A stretch of DNA of 64,000 nt from an archaeon (GCA_043810775.1 JBDRNU010000015.1:52555-116554), one strand, 5' to 3'. Shown: positions 10,520 through 20,648, counted from the stretch's first letter. The notes: generated from the letters alone by a model not told the origin. Translations and numbers: made by a program.

Positions 10520-11914
10520 ATGGCTTTACTTGACATTTTAAAAAACTTACCAGAAGTAAAGGGCCCAATTGAGAAGAAACTTAGTTTTAATGTAAAACTC
10601 AAATGGACTCTTATAGTTCTTATTGCATTTTTTGTATTGGCAAATGTTGCACTTTATGGCCTTGAAGCAAATTCTTTAGAAAGGTTTGAGTATTTAGCTA
10701 TTGTTTTAGGTACAGATTTTGGAAGTATAATCAGTCTGGGAATTGGACCGATAGTTATGGCTTCTATTATTTTACAATTACTAGTAGGTAGTAAGATACT
10801 TGATATTGATCTTACTTCTGATGAAGGAAAAAAGTATTTTCAAAGTTTGCAAAAGATCTCTGTATTTTTCTTCATTTTATTTGAAGCAATAGTTTATGTT
10901 CTTATGAGGGGATTGCAAGCCAAACCTGGTTTTGAGTTTATTGTAATATTTCAATTAATTTTAGGGGGTCTTGCAATAGTATTTATGGATGAACTAGTGA
11001 CTAAGTGGGGTTTTGGTAGTGGAGTTAGTTTATTCATTCTTGCAGGTGTTGGTTGGAGATTATTTACAGGATTATTTCAATTTATAGGTATTCAAGGTGG
11101 AAATTGTTTAATCAGCTTTTCAGGAGAAGGAAGTATTGCGTGCGCAGGAAAAATACTTGTTATTATTCAAAGTGTAGTTAATAATGCACCGAATGAGGCT
11201 TTGAAGGCTTTTGCCATAATTCTAGTTACAGCGATAATTTTTGCAGCAGTAGTTTGGGCCCAAAGCTTAAAAGTAGAGGTACCTCTTAGTTTTGATAGAT
11301 TAAGAGGATATGGATTAAAGTGGCCTCTTGCTTTTTTTTATGCTTCAGTAATACCTGTAATTTTAGTAGCAGCTTTATCTGCGAATTTACAATTATTTGC
11401 AGGTTTAATTGAAAATTGGATAGGCCATTCAACATTTTTAGGAACTTTCTCCCAAGGTACTCCTATAGCTGGTTTAGCTTACTGGATAGGTTCTTCTAAT
11501 CTTGTAGAAGCATTTATAACTGGTAGTTTTCAATTAAGAATGCTATTTCAAGGAGTATTCCATATTTTGTTTTATATGGTATTTTCAACAATTTTTGCTG
11601 TTTTTTGGGTTAAAACTTCTGGTATGGATGCTCAAAGCCAAGCACATAATATAATGTCTTCAGGATTGCAAATACCTGGTTTCAGAAAAGATGAGCGCGT
11701 TTTAGAATCTGTACTTTCAAGATATATAATGCCTCTTACTATAATGGGTGGGGCTGCTATAGGCTTATTAGCAGCTTCAGCTGATTTATTAGGGGCTCTT
11801 ACAAGCGGTACAGCAATACTTTTAGCTGTAATGATATCATATCAATTTTATCAAAATATTGCACAGCAGCATGCAGTTGACATGCATCCTGCTTTGAAAA
11901 AGGTGATGGGTTAA
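10520..11914 (+). CDS. secY: preprotein translocase subunit SecY
   Basis: 464 aa, about 10 TM helices, directly after L15 as in all archaea. Confidence 0.9.
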   Translation: MALLDILKNLPEVKGPIEKKLSFNVKLKWTLIVLIAFFVLANVALYGLEANSLERFEYLAIVLGTDFGSIISLGIGPIVMASIILQLLVGSKILDIDLTSDEGKKYFQSLQKISVFFFILFEAIVYVLMRGLQAKPGFEFIVIFQLILGGLAIVFMDELVTKWGFGSGVSLFILAGVGWRLFTGLFQFIGIQGGNCLISFSGEGSIACAGKILVIIQSVVNNAPNEALKAFAIILVTAIIFAAVVWAQSLKVEVPLSFDRLRGYGLKWPLAFFYASVIPVILVAALSANLQLFAGLIENWIGHSTFLGTFSQGTPIAGLAYWIGSSNLVEAFITGSFQLRMLFQGVFHILFYMVFSTIFAVFWVKTSGMDAQSQAHNIMSSGLQIPGFRKDERVLESVLSRYIMPLTIMGGAAIGLLAASADLLGALTSGTAILLAVMISYQFYQNIAQQHAVDMHPALKKVMG

Positions 11915-11915
11915 A

Positions 11916-12467
11916 ATGGATAAAGAAGGAAAAGAAGGAAGTTTCAAACCTGTAATGATTGTTTTAATTTTATCATTTATAATTGCAATTTATTGGGATT
12001 CCCAAACACTTACATTCATTAAAGATTTTGTGCATATAGTGCTAGATCCTAGTGCAGGAGCATTATTGGAGTGGAATATAACTTATGGTATGATGATTAT
12101 TGTTCTCATCATATCCCTTATAACTATATTAGTTCAGAAGTATACTACTGACCAAGAAACTCTTCGCGAGTTAAGAAAAGAACAAAAAATCCTCCAGGAA
12201 GAAATGAAGAAATTTAAAGATCATCCTGAAAAGCTAATAGAACTTCAGAAAAAACAATTTGAGTTTGTTCCCAAAACTATGAAACTTACTATGAGACCTA
12301 TTATTTTTACAGGCATTCCTTTTATTTTATTTTTCAGATGGTTTCATGATTTTTTTACACTTGCAGGAAACCCTGAGTTTTTTGGATTTTTAAACTGGTT
12401 TTGGTTTTATTTAATATTTGCCATAATCTTTAGTAGTATATTTAAAAAAATTTTAAAAGTTGTATAA
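11916..12467 (+). CDS. DUF106-type membrane protein (archaeal Oxa1/YidC-like insertase candidate)
   Basis: 183 aa with 3 TM helices. A charged coiled-coil (LRELRKEQKILQEEMKKFKDHPEKLIELQKKQ) sits between TM1 and TM2. The gene lies immediately after secY. Confidence 0.5.
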   Translation: MDKEGKEGSFKPVMIVLILSFIIAIYWDSQTLTFIKDFVHIVLDPSAGALLEWNITYGMMIIVLIISLITILVQKYTTDQETLRELRKEQKILQEEMKKFKDHPEKLIELQKKQFEFVPKTMKLTMRPIIFTGIPFILFFRWFHDFFTLAGNPEFFGFLNWFWFYLIFAIIFSSIFKKILKVV

Positions 12468-12861
12468 AATGCCAAATGAAAATTTAATAATTCAGCTAAG
12501 CTTACTAGAACAACAATCACAAGAAATAGAAAAACAGATTCAATTAATTGATCATCAAATAAATGAATTACAAAACCTTTCAATTAGCTTGGATAAATTT
12601 AATGGTGAAGGAGAAATACTTGCCCCATTTGGAAAAGGTATATTTGTAAAGTCAGAAGTTAAGGATAAAAAATTATTCATGAATATTGGTTCTGGAATAG
12701 TGGTAAAGAAAACTCCTAAAGAAGCAGTAGAGATAGTTGAAAACCAAGTTGATAAATTATCTGCAGCAAAATCTGAGCTTCTTGAAGATATGGGTAAAAT
12801 TAATGCCGAATTAATAAAACTAATAGATTTAGCTGAGAAATCCCAAGAATCTAAAGATTAG
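12460..12861 (+). CDS. pfdA: prefoldin alpha subunit-like coiled-coil protein
   Basis: 133 aa; coiled-coil / beta-hairpin / coiled-coil layout. Confidence 0.5.
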   Translation: MYKMPNENLIIQLSLLEQQSQEIEKQIQLIDHQINELQNLSISLDKFNGEGEILAPFGKGIFVKSEVKDKKLFMNIGSGIVVKKTPKEAVEIVENQVDKLSAAKSELLEDMGKINAELIKLIDLAEKSQESKD

Positions 12862-13669
12862 TTATCTTCACAAATTTAAAATAAGTAAGAATTCCTAACT
12901 CAGAAACAATTGATTTAATATATTTTTTATCAATAAATTCAAAAGCAGGATTTTTAATCTTTATATTTTTAGGAGCATTATCCCAAACTTCATTTAATTT
13001 TCTTTGCTCAATAGGCACTTTTTGTTTTGTAAATTTCCATGAATCAGCCACAACATATAATGATATTCCTTGGTTTTTAGCCACTTGTGCAATTACTTCA
13101 CTTCCCACTTTATTTATAATTCCTTTTTTTAAAATAGCATCAGCTCCTAAAAATACTTTATCAACTTTTTTATTTCCTTGTTCACCAGACAAAGCTATAC
13201 TTAAAGCAGAATCAACAAATATAGTTACTTTAATCCCAGCTTTTCTTAGTTCTTTAGCAGTTTTTCTACCTTGCAATAAAGGTCTGGTTTCAGTATTATA
13301 TACTTCAAATATCTTACCATTTTTTTTTGCATAAATCAACGCATTTAAAACATTAGTTGAATGACAGTGCGTGAAAATTACATCATTTTTTTTAATTAAT
13401 CTGAAAATATATTTATTTATTTTTTCCTGAGCTGAATCAAAATGATTTAATATTTCTTGATAAGGTTTTCTTTCAGCTAAGTTCAGAACATTTTCTAGCA
13501 TTGGTTCTGTTGGTCTTAAATTCATAAGCTTTTTCTTGTTTTCTTTAGTAGGGATTATATGGTAAGCTTGAAGTGCAGCTTTTGCTACATTTCTAGCTCC
13601 CTGAATTTTCACTGACTGAATATTCTTGCATATTTGATTGAATTTTATCTGCCTCTTTTGCTTTTTCAT
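12851..13669 (-). CDS. eIF-2B alpha/beta/delta family protein (aIF-2BI / ribose-1,5-bisphosphate isomerase-like)
   Basis: 272 aa; Rossmann-like C-terminal half (VFLGADAILKKGIINKVGS...LYVVADSWKF) typical of the IF-2B family. Confidence 0.6.
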   Translation of the reverse strand: MKKQKRQIKFNQICKNIQSVKIQGARNVAKAALQAYHIIPTKENKKKLMNLRPTEPMLENVLNLAERKPYQEILNHFDSAQEKINKYIFRLIKKNDVIFTHCHSTNVLNALIYAKKNGKIFEVYNTETRPLLQGRKTAKELRKAGIKVTIFVDSALSIALSGEQGNKKVDKVFLGADAILKKGIINKVGSEVIAQVAKNQGISLYVVADSWKFTKQKVPIEQRKLNEVWDNAPKNIKIKNPAFEFIDKKYIKSIVSELGILTYFKFVKITNL

Positions 13670-13703
13670 AAAACTTTAAATACACCTCAACCTTTTAAGT
13701 CTT

Positions 13704-14573
13704 ATGTTAGAGATGCTTTTAAGTCCTAAGAAAGCAGAAAGAGAACCCTGGGAAATGTTTTTTATAGGAGTTTTTTATGCTTCCCTATCTTTTCTTTTAG
13801 TTAATTGGATATTTGGACAGGACGCAGTTCTAGTTAAATATTCAGGAATGATTATTGTAACTTTTACAGTTATGTTTTGTATACCTTTTGTATATGGGGT
13901 ATTAAAAAGGGAAGAAGAAAAAGACATGGAGTATAGTGGGGCTTTTAGAATTTTGAAAGAGCATAGTCATGCTTTATATGTTTTTCTTTGGCTTTTTATG
14001 GGGGTAATTGTGGCTTTTTCATTTTTATATATAGTCTTTTCTATTTATGGGGATTCAAGTCAGAGTTTTAGGGCGCAGATTGAAACTTATTGTATAATTA
14101 ACAGGCCTGCAAACTTTAACGATTGTGTGGCAGAATATGGTGTAAAAGGGGTCTCAAGAACAACTGCTTTTTTAACAGCCAAAGAAAAACTTTTCATGAT
14201 TTTTGCCAATAATATTTATGTCTTAATTTTTACCTTAGTTTTCTCTCTTATTTTTGGGGCAGGAGGATTTTTTGTTCTAGCTTGGAATGCTAGTGTAATA
14301 GCTGCAGCTATTGGTATCTTCACAAGATCAAACTTGGCTTCTCTTCCAATGGGTATAGCCCGTTATATGATTCATGGTATTCCTGAAATTGCAGCTTATT
14401 TTATTGGAATGCTTGCCGGAGGAATAATAAGTATAGCAATAATCAAACATGATACTAGAAGTGAATATTTCTGGAATATTTTGCAAGACGCACTTAATCT
14501 AATAATTGTGGCAGTTGTCATATTATTTTTAGCTGCTTTAATAGAGGTATTTATCACTCCTGTATTATTCTAA
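13704..14573 (+). CDS. polytopic membrane protein, SpoIIM/DUF95-like
   Basis: 289 aa, about 6 TM helices; IFANNIYVLIFT motif region. Confidence 0.35.
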   Translation: MLEMLLSPKKAEREPWEMFFIGVFYASLSFLLVNWIFGQDAVLVKYSGMIIVTFTVMFCIPFVYGVLKREEEKDMEYSGAFRILKEHSHALYVFLWLFMGVIVAFSFLYIVFSIYGDSSQSFRAQIETYCIINRPANFNDCVAEYGVKGVSRTTAFLTAKEKLFMIFANNIYVLIFTLVFSLIFGAGGFFVLAWNASVIAAAIGIFTRSNLASLPMGIARYMIHGIPEIAAYFIGMLAGGIISIAIIKHDTRSEYFWNILQDALNLIIVAVVILFLAALIEVFITPVLF

Positions 14574-14614
14574 AGAAAACTTATTTAAACTAATAAAACC
14601 TAAGATAAAAAAAG

Positions 14615-16330
14615 ATGGTGCAAGATATATTTTTCCAAATAAGTTTGATACTAGTTATAGCTTTGACTATTTCTTTTATTATGAGGCTTTTAAAACAGCC
14701 TTTAATAATAGGTTATATTCTCACAGGTATACTAGTGGGTCCATTCTTATTTGATTTACTTCCTCAGGAAAGCACTACTCTCCAGACTTTTTCTGAGCTT
14801 GGAATAGCATTTCTTTTATTTATAGTTGGGCTGCATTTAAGTCCTAGAGTTATAAAAGAAGTTGGAAAAATCTCACTAATAACAGGCATAGGTCAAGTTA
14901 TTTTTACTTCTGTAATTGGTTATTTTATTGCCTTATTACTGGGTTTTCCAGTTATATCTTCTATTTATATTGCAATTGCACTGACATTTTCTTCTACTAT
15001 CATAATTATGAAGCTTTTATCTGACAAAGATGCCCTTGACAAGCTTTATGGAAAGATTTCAATAGGTTTCTTGCTTGTCCAGGACATTATAGCAATTATT
15101 ATTTTAATCATAATCTCTTCCTTTTCAAATGGAGGTAACATTTTAACTTCAATTTCTCAGATTGCATTTAAAGGAGTTATTATTCTTATTTTTCTTGTAC
15201 CTTTAAGTTATTTTGTTTTGCCTAAGCTAAGTTCATTTTTTGCAAAATCGCAAGAATTTCTTTTTGTATTTGCAATTACCTGGGGGTTAGGATTAGCTTC
15301 CTTATTTTTTTATGCTGGTTTTTCAGTAGAAGTTGGAGCACTAATAGCAGGAGTAATGTTATCTATCTCCCCTTATAGTTATGAGATAAGTTCAAAGCTC
15401 AGACCTTTAAGGGATTTTTTTATAATTTCATTTTTCATACTTCTAGGTCATCAGTTAGTATTTAAAGAAATCTCGAACTTAATCTTTCCTGCACTAATAT
15501 TCTCTTTGTTTGTTTTAATAGGCAATCCTCTTATAATCATGGTATTAATGGGAATTTTTGGATACAGTCGTAATACTGGTTTTATGGCAGGACTTACTGT
15601 TGCCCAAATCAGTGAATTCTCACTAATATTAATTGCGTTAGGAGTTAAAATAGGTCATCTGTCTAATGAGATACTCTCTTTTGTAACTGTTATAGGTTTG
15701 ATAACTATTGCAGGTTCAGCATATCTTATAACTTATTCTGAAAAAATTTATACCTATATTTATCCATATTTATCTATCTTTGAGAAAAAAAATCTCAAGG
15801 AGAAAAAAGAAAGCATAAAGAACTATGAGTATATTTTATTTGGAGAAAATAGGATTGGATTTTCAATTATGAAATCATTTAAAAAATTGAATAAAAATTA
15901 TCTTATTGTTGACTACAATCCTACAAGAGTCAATAAACTTAGTTCAGAAAAAGTATCTTGCATTTTTGGTGACGTTTCTAATTCTGAATTTTTAGACAGC
16001 TTAAAACTCGAAAAAGCAAAGCTAGTAGCTTCTACAATACCGGAGCAAGAAACAAATATGATAATACTCAGCAAGGTAAGATCAATTAATAAAAATGCTA
16101 TAATAATAGTTACTGCGCGTCAAATACAAGAAGCATTTGATTTATACTCTTCTGGAGCAAATTATGTGATCTTACCCCATTTTCTTGGAGGAGAGTATAT
16201 TGCCAATATTATAGAAAAAGCAAAAGATAATAAAAAAGAGTATGAAAAAGAGAAAAAGAAACAAATTAAAGATCTAAAAGAAAGGCTTGGGGAAGGTCAA
16301 GAGCATCCAAAAATAGAAAAGCATGTGTAA
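14615..16330 (+). CDS. CPA2-family cation:proton antiporter with C-terminal RCK/TrkA-N domain
   Basis: 571 aa. An N-terminal domain of about 12 TM helices is followed by a Rossmann-like segment (ILFGENRIGFS...IVDYNP). Confidence 0.65.
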   Translation: MVQDIFFQISLILVIALTISFIMRLLKQPLIIGYILTGILVGPFLFDLLPQESTTLQTFSELGIAFLLFIVGLHLSPRVIKEVGKISLITGIGQVIFTSVIGYFIALLLGFPVISSIYIAIALTFSSTIIIMKLLSDKDALDKLYGKISIGFLLVQDIIAIIILIIISSFSNGGNILTSISQIAFKGVIILIFLVPLSYFVLPKLSSFFAKSQEFLFVFAITWGLGLASLFFYAGFSVEVGALIAGVMLSISPYSYEISSKLRPLRDFFIISFFILLGHQLVFKEISNLIFPALIFSLFVLIGNPLIIMVLMGIFGYSRNTGFMAGLTVAQISEFSLILIALGVKIGHLSNEILSFVTVIGLITIAGSAYLITYSEKIYTYIYPYLSIFEKKNLKEKKESIKNYEYILFGENRIGFSIMKSFKKLNKNYLIVDYNPTRVNKLSSEKVSCIFGDVSNSEFLDSLKLEKAKLVASTIPEQETNMIILSKVRSINKNAIIIVTARQIQEAFDLYSSGANYVILPHFLGGEYIANIIEKAKDNKKEYEKEKKKQIKDLKERLGEGQEHPKIEKHV

Positions 16331-16372
16331 TTAAATTTATAAATCTCATTTACTAATTAATTTTAATAAAAG

Positions 16373-19141
16373 ATGGTGAAAACTAAATTTATATTTTTAC
16401 TAAGTATATTTATATTATTAAGTATTAGTGGTGTCTTTGCTTTTGACCTAAACGGAACCACCTATACTTTTAATAGGGTTGCTCTCAATAATACCAATAT
16501 CTCTGTAACTGTCCAAGATCAAACTTTCACAGAAATATCAGTAAATACCTCCAATTCTAATTCAACAGGAAATTTTAACCTAAGCCTTGCTGATGATATA
16601 ACTTATATGTATCAGCTTTTACTATGGCATCATAATGGCTCAATGGTAGATTATGTAGCTAAACCTCTTCCTACACTTCCTTATTCAGAGTTCTCACAAC
16701 TTAGAAATGTTAATTTTTACTTATTTGAAGCAGGAACAATAAATATCACAGCAGTGAACAGGACAGGAGATTTAATTCCAAATAGTCAATTTACTTATAG
16801 TGTAAAAGACACTAAATTAGGTTATCCTATTTCAAACTGTATGAATTCAGGATCTAAAGAGGTTGTTTGTTATCTTCAAAAAGACAGAAATTATTCAATC
16901 ATGATTTATCCTGCTGATGGATCTCCTGAGCACTTTGTTCCAGTTAGTTTTGACTGGAATAATTTTAGTTCTACTTCAAATTATACTACTGGACTATCTA
17001 ATTATATTGCCAATACAAGAACTTTTCATAAGCAATTCAATGTATCAGAAAGCTTCATAAGAATCTCTGGGTATATTACTGAACCTAATATTGAGGGGTG
17101 GGATGACTTTTCAATCATACCTTATTTACAAGAACCAGGAGGAATGATATTTATGTCTATGGGGTTTATTCCTTTTAATGCAAGTTCTTGGAATTCAGCA
17201 CAATCAGATTATTATAACAACTACACAGGTTTTTATAACATAACTGTACCCTACTCTACATCAGAAACTGTTGAATATATGTTTTATGCAGCAGCAAGGA
17301 ATGGTTCGACTTATTATGGGGGCTTTAAGAATATTACCAATCCATCACACCAAGGTAATTTTAATATTTCTATGTATGGCTTATTAGGTATTAATTCTAC
17401 TATAAACCAGACAAGAGGAGATGGATTAGGATCTCTTGCAGTAAACACCAAGAAACAATCTTTTTATTTTGTTAATTCATCAGGATTCCATAATAGTGTT
17501 ACTGTTTTTGTAGATGTTAAAGTAGATTACTCTGCTTATGGTTCCAGAGAATTTACTTTTATGGAAGATGTAGGAGATAGTGGAATTTCAAATAATTTTT
17601 CTATTCCTTTATTGAATGTTACAGGAATTAAGGAAATAAATATCTTTAGTAGCACTTTCGCTCCAAGAAGGATTCCCACAAAAACAGCAGCCCAAATTTC
17701 AGCTAATAATAATATAACTCTGACTGCTTTTAATCCTGCAGATATTGATGGTGCAGACATTTCCTCAAGCCTCACCATTAAAATATATCAATCAAACTCA
17801 ACTTGTGACGTACCAGAACCTTCAGCAGCTTGTTTAATCACCTCAACAACAGGAGCATCTAACTTTAATCCAATTTCAGCAGTAATGGGTGGTGGTCAAA
17901 TTAGCTTTAGAATGGGTTTGGGTGGTTCTGGAATCGAAATTCACTACGTTAATGTCGATATGCTTGCTTCAGGGCCTCCTGATGGATTATTTGATGACTC
18001 TGCGAATACGGCAGGCACTTCAGGAACATCTTTTAATTCAGTACTAAGATTTGGTTCAAAAGGTCCAAAAATTTATGATTATATCCTAATGTCTATACCT
18101 TATTCAGAAACAGCTGGTTCTGGTTTAAATGATTCAGCACCAGTAAACATGAGTATTCCTACATTTTATGATGAGGATTGGAATACAATATGGTTAACTT
18201 CAACTAATGGAACTAATGCTTCAAATCTAGCCTCAAATGATACCCATTATGCTGAAAGGCAAGATGAGTGGCAACAACTTATGGTTTCAAAAGCTTGTAC
18301 AACAAGTGTAGCTATATTCAATGCAACAACACCTTGTTTTATCAGCACGTCAAGTAATAAAATTTGGATAAGACTTCCTCATTTTTCTGGAACAGGCCCC
18401 CGACTTACAGGCACAGTGCTTGCTTCAGCTGCAAGCGGAGATGATGACAGCTCTTCAAGCAGTTCTTCTTCAAGTGGAGGAGATGATGAACAAGCAACAT
18501 CTAATAAAAAAGTAAAAAGTTGGACACTAATGGAGTCTGATAAAAGTTATACTATGAACATTGATAGTAGTGTTTTTGGACTAGATAAAATAGAAATTGA
18601 AGTTGGTTCAAATACCTCAAATGCAAAAATTACATTATATAAATATGATGAAAAACCAGGAGCAGTTTCTGAGAAATTAGGTAAGGTTTACAAGTATATA
18701 CAAATATTTGCTGAAAACCTAGATAATAATATGACTAAATCCATTTTAACTTTGCAAGTTAATAAGTCTTGGGTAGATACTAATACTAATAAAAACTCTA
18801 TTTCATTATATAGATATAATTCTGCAACCTCCTCATGGGATAATCTAAATGCTTCATATTCTACTGCAGATTCAGGAAATTATTATTACAAAGTTAATCT
18901 TAAAAGTTTCAGCTTTTTTGCGATTGCTACACCAGATTCAGCAGCTAGTAATGCTTCTTCTGGAGATGTTAATTCAACTACTGTTGGAACTGACCAAGAA
19001 TCTGGTGAGGATGGGCAAAGTACCAGTATCTGGATATGGATTTTAGGAATCATAATAGTGGTTATTATAATCACCATAATCATATTTGGAGCTCTTGAAT
19101 ATAGGAGCAGAATGTTTATTTCTAAACGAAAGAATAATTAA
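16373..19141 (+). CDS. large secreted surface (glyco)protein with C-terminal TM anchor
   Basis: 922 aa; N-terminal signal peptide and dozens of N-x-S/T sequons. Contains a poly-Ser/Asp linker and a C-terminal TSIWIWILGIIIVVIIITIIIF TM helix plus basic tail. Confidence 0.7.
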   Translation: MVKTKFIFLLSIFILLSISGVFAFDLNGTTYTFNRVALNNTNISVTVQDQTFTEISVNTSNSNSTGNFNLSLADDITYMYQLLLWHHNGSMVDYVAKPLPTLPYSEFSQLRNVNFYLFEAGTINITAVNRTGDLIPNSQFTYSVKDTKLGYPISNCMNSGSKEVVCYLQKDRNYSIMIYPADGSPEHFVPVSFDWNNFSSTSNYTTGLSNYIANTRTFHKQFNVSESFIRISGYITEPNIEGWDDFSIIPYLQEPGGMIFMSMGFIPFNASSWNSAQSDYYNNYTGFYNITVPYSTSETVEYMFYAAARNGSTYYGGFKNITNPSHQGNFNISMYGLLGINSTINQTRGDGLGSLAVNTKKQSFYFVNSSGFHNSVTVFVDVKVDYSAYGSREFTFMEDVGDSGISNNFSIPLLNVTGIKEINIFSSTFAPRRIPTKTAAQISANNNITLTAFNPADIDGADISSSLTIKIYQSNSTCDVPEPSAACLITSTTGASNFNPISAVMGGGQISFRMGLGGSGIEIHYVNVDMLASGPPDGLFDDSANTAGTSGTSFNSVLRFGSKGPKIYDYILMSIPYSETAGSGLNDSAPVNMSIPTFYDEDWNTIWLTSTNGTNASNLASNDTHYAERQDEWQQLMVSKACTTSVAIFNATTPCFISTSSNKIWIRLPHFSGTGPRLTGTVLASAASGDDDSSSSSSSSSGGDDEQATSNKKVKSWTLMESDKSYTMNIDSSVFGLDKIEIEVGSNTSNAKITLYKYDEKPGAVSEKLGKVYKYIQIFAENLDNNMTKSILTLQVNKSWVDTNTNKNSISLYRYNSATSSWDNLNASYSTADSGNYYYKVNLKSFSFFAIATPDSAASNASSGDVNSTTVGTDQESGEDGQSTSIWIWILGIIIVVIIITIIIFGALEYRSRMFISKRKNN

Positions 19142-19171
19142 GTTTTTAAACTTTCAATAATTATTATCTTA

Positions 19172-19453
19172 ATGGTAATTAGGGATACAGATTATATTCA
19201 ACAGTTAGCCAATTATATTAAAAAAAATCTTCAAAAAAAGTATACTTCTGATTCTTTAAGGTTCGCCTTGTTAAATCAAGGTTATTCTAGGGCTGAAGTT
19301 GATAGAGCAATAAGACTAGCTAATGAGCAGATGGCAAAAGAAGCTCCTAAAATGATTGAAAAGCCTGTAATTAAGTATGAAGTTGAATCTGTTGGTGAAG
19401 AGGGTGAAGTAAAAATTGGTTTTTGGGCTAGGATAAAGAAGTGGTTCAGCTAG
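19172..19453 (+). CDS. hypothetical protein
   Basis: 93-aa ORF with no recognisable motif. Confidence 0.3.
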   Translation: MVIRDTDYIQQLANYIKKNLQKKYTSDSLRFALLNQGYSRAEVDRAIRLANEQMAKEAPKMIEKPVIKYEVESVGEEGEVKIGFWARIKKWFS

Positions 19454-20009
19454 AGTTCAAGTATTTTTTTATTAATTTAATTTTTTCATCATCAGCTTGG
19501 CCCTGTTTCTTTCTTCTGTAATCATCATTATATACTGTTTCGTAAGCTTTTAGATATTGTTTAGCATTAAGTTGCCGAAAACTTATATCCTTAATTTTAG
19601 TCTCTTCAAGTTTATTAGGATTTGTACCTGATTCAAACAGAATTGACTCTTTTGCAAAAGCTACTATTTGATTCTTTCTTTTGAATTCATGCTCATGCTC
19701 ATCTATCATATTATAATTTAATTCTTTCATAAGTGAAATTAGTTTTAACCATTTTTTACCAATATATTCATCTGCTATTAAAATATCTATATCATTAGCC
19801 TCACTAAATTCGCCTATTTTTAATTGTAAACCTAAAGAACCATATATTACTGGTGAAATATTAAATTTTTTATTAATTAATTTAGCAGCTTCTAAGAAAA
19901 TCTTGAATTTCTCTTCATTAATTATTAATTTCTTCATTTTAGAACTACGCCCGCGCCAGGAATCGAACCTGGATGCCCAAAGGGCCCGGCTTTCTAGTGT
20001 TAAACTCAA
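19446..20009 (-). CDS. minimal nucleotidyltransferase-fold protein
   Basis: 187 aa; GSLGL...DIDIL resembles the Pol-beta-type NTase GS...D.D motif. Confidence 0.4.
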   Translation of the reverse strand: MSLTLESRALWASRFDSWRGRSSKMKKLIINEEKFKIFLEAAKLINKKFNISPVIYGSLGLQLKIGEFSEANDIDILIADEYIGKKWLKLISLMKELNYNMIDEHEHEFKRKNQIVAFAKESILFESGTNPNKLEETKIKDISFRQLNAKQYLKAYETVYNDDYRRKKQGQADDEKIKLIKKYLNSS

Positions 20010-20040
20010 GGCCGGTGCAATACCATTATGCGACGCGGGC
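19948..20040 (-). tRNA. tRNA-Ser(UGA), intron-containing (class II, long variable arm)
   Basis: Manual fold gives a 7-bp acceptor stem (GCCCGCG/CGCGGGC) and a 3-bp D-stem. The anticodon stem CCGGC/GCCGG carries loop CUUGAG with anticodon UGA. A roughly 13-nt insert sits at the canonical 37/38 site (about 19992-20004). The variable arm is a hairpin (GCCC-UUU-GGGC) and the T-arm is CCAGG-UUCGAUU-CCUGG. Confidence 0.6.
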
Positions 20041-20072
20041 TTAAATTGAGAATTCTCTAGTGCTTTTAAATA

Positions 20073-20648
20073 TTACTTAAGCTGAGGTAAATAAATATGA
20101 GCAGAAATAGAATGGCAAGTAAGAGTTCCTGGTTTTATTTTAAGTTCTTCACATAAGCATCTCATTAATTTTCCTTGGAATGCTAAATTTGAATAAGCTT
20201 TTCCCCCATAGTCATGGCTCCTATAAATACATGTTGCGTTTAATCTATTTTTTTCAGTCTTATAATTTATCAAGCTTAAGCAAGTAAAATGATTAGCCAA
20301 ATCTATCTTAGGTTCAATAAGACTGATAGTTGCAGACCTTGAATCAGGTTTGTTTTTTAGTTTCTCTATAATTAATTCCATCTGATTCATACCATAATAG
20401 TCAAAAATTCTGCTGTATTCAGAAAACCATGTATCAGCAGGTAATGGATTAATGAGATAACTAAACAAAAAATCAGCATCTTCTTCAGATGGTTCTCCTA
20501 AGTCTAATGGGCTTTCTATATTCAAGATAAGGTTACTTATTTCTCTAGTGTTTTTCCCTTCGTGAATTATATTTTTCCCTTCATTAATTATAGCTTTTAC
20601 AGCATTTATCCACACATCAACTATTGTTGTACCTATAACTTTTTTCAT
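20073..20648 (-). CDS. thyA: thymidylate synthase, short ThyA-family form
   Basis: 191 aa. YRSHDYGGKAYSNLAFQGKLM resembles the ThyA DLGLGVPFNIASYALL region. C-terminal GTLTCHSISAHIY resembles the GDAHIY motif. Confidence 0.5.
   Translation of the reverse strand: MKKVIGTTIVDVWINAVKAIINEGKNIIHEGKNTREISNLILNIESPLDLGEPSEEDADFLFSYLINPLPADTWFSEYSRIFDYYGMNQMELIIEKLKNKPDSRSATISLIEPKIDLANHFTCLSLINYKTEKNRLNATCIYRSHDYGGKAYSNLAFQGKLMRCLCEELKIKPGTLTCHSISAHIYLPQLK

Noticed and set aside
18430-18490. Poly-Ser/Asp coding repeat (agc/tct runs) in the 922-aa gene, considered as a microsatellite or phase-variable tract
   Set aside because: It is in frame and short. It encodes a plausible hinge, and no homopolymer long enough to suggest slipped-strand switching is present.
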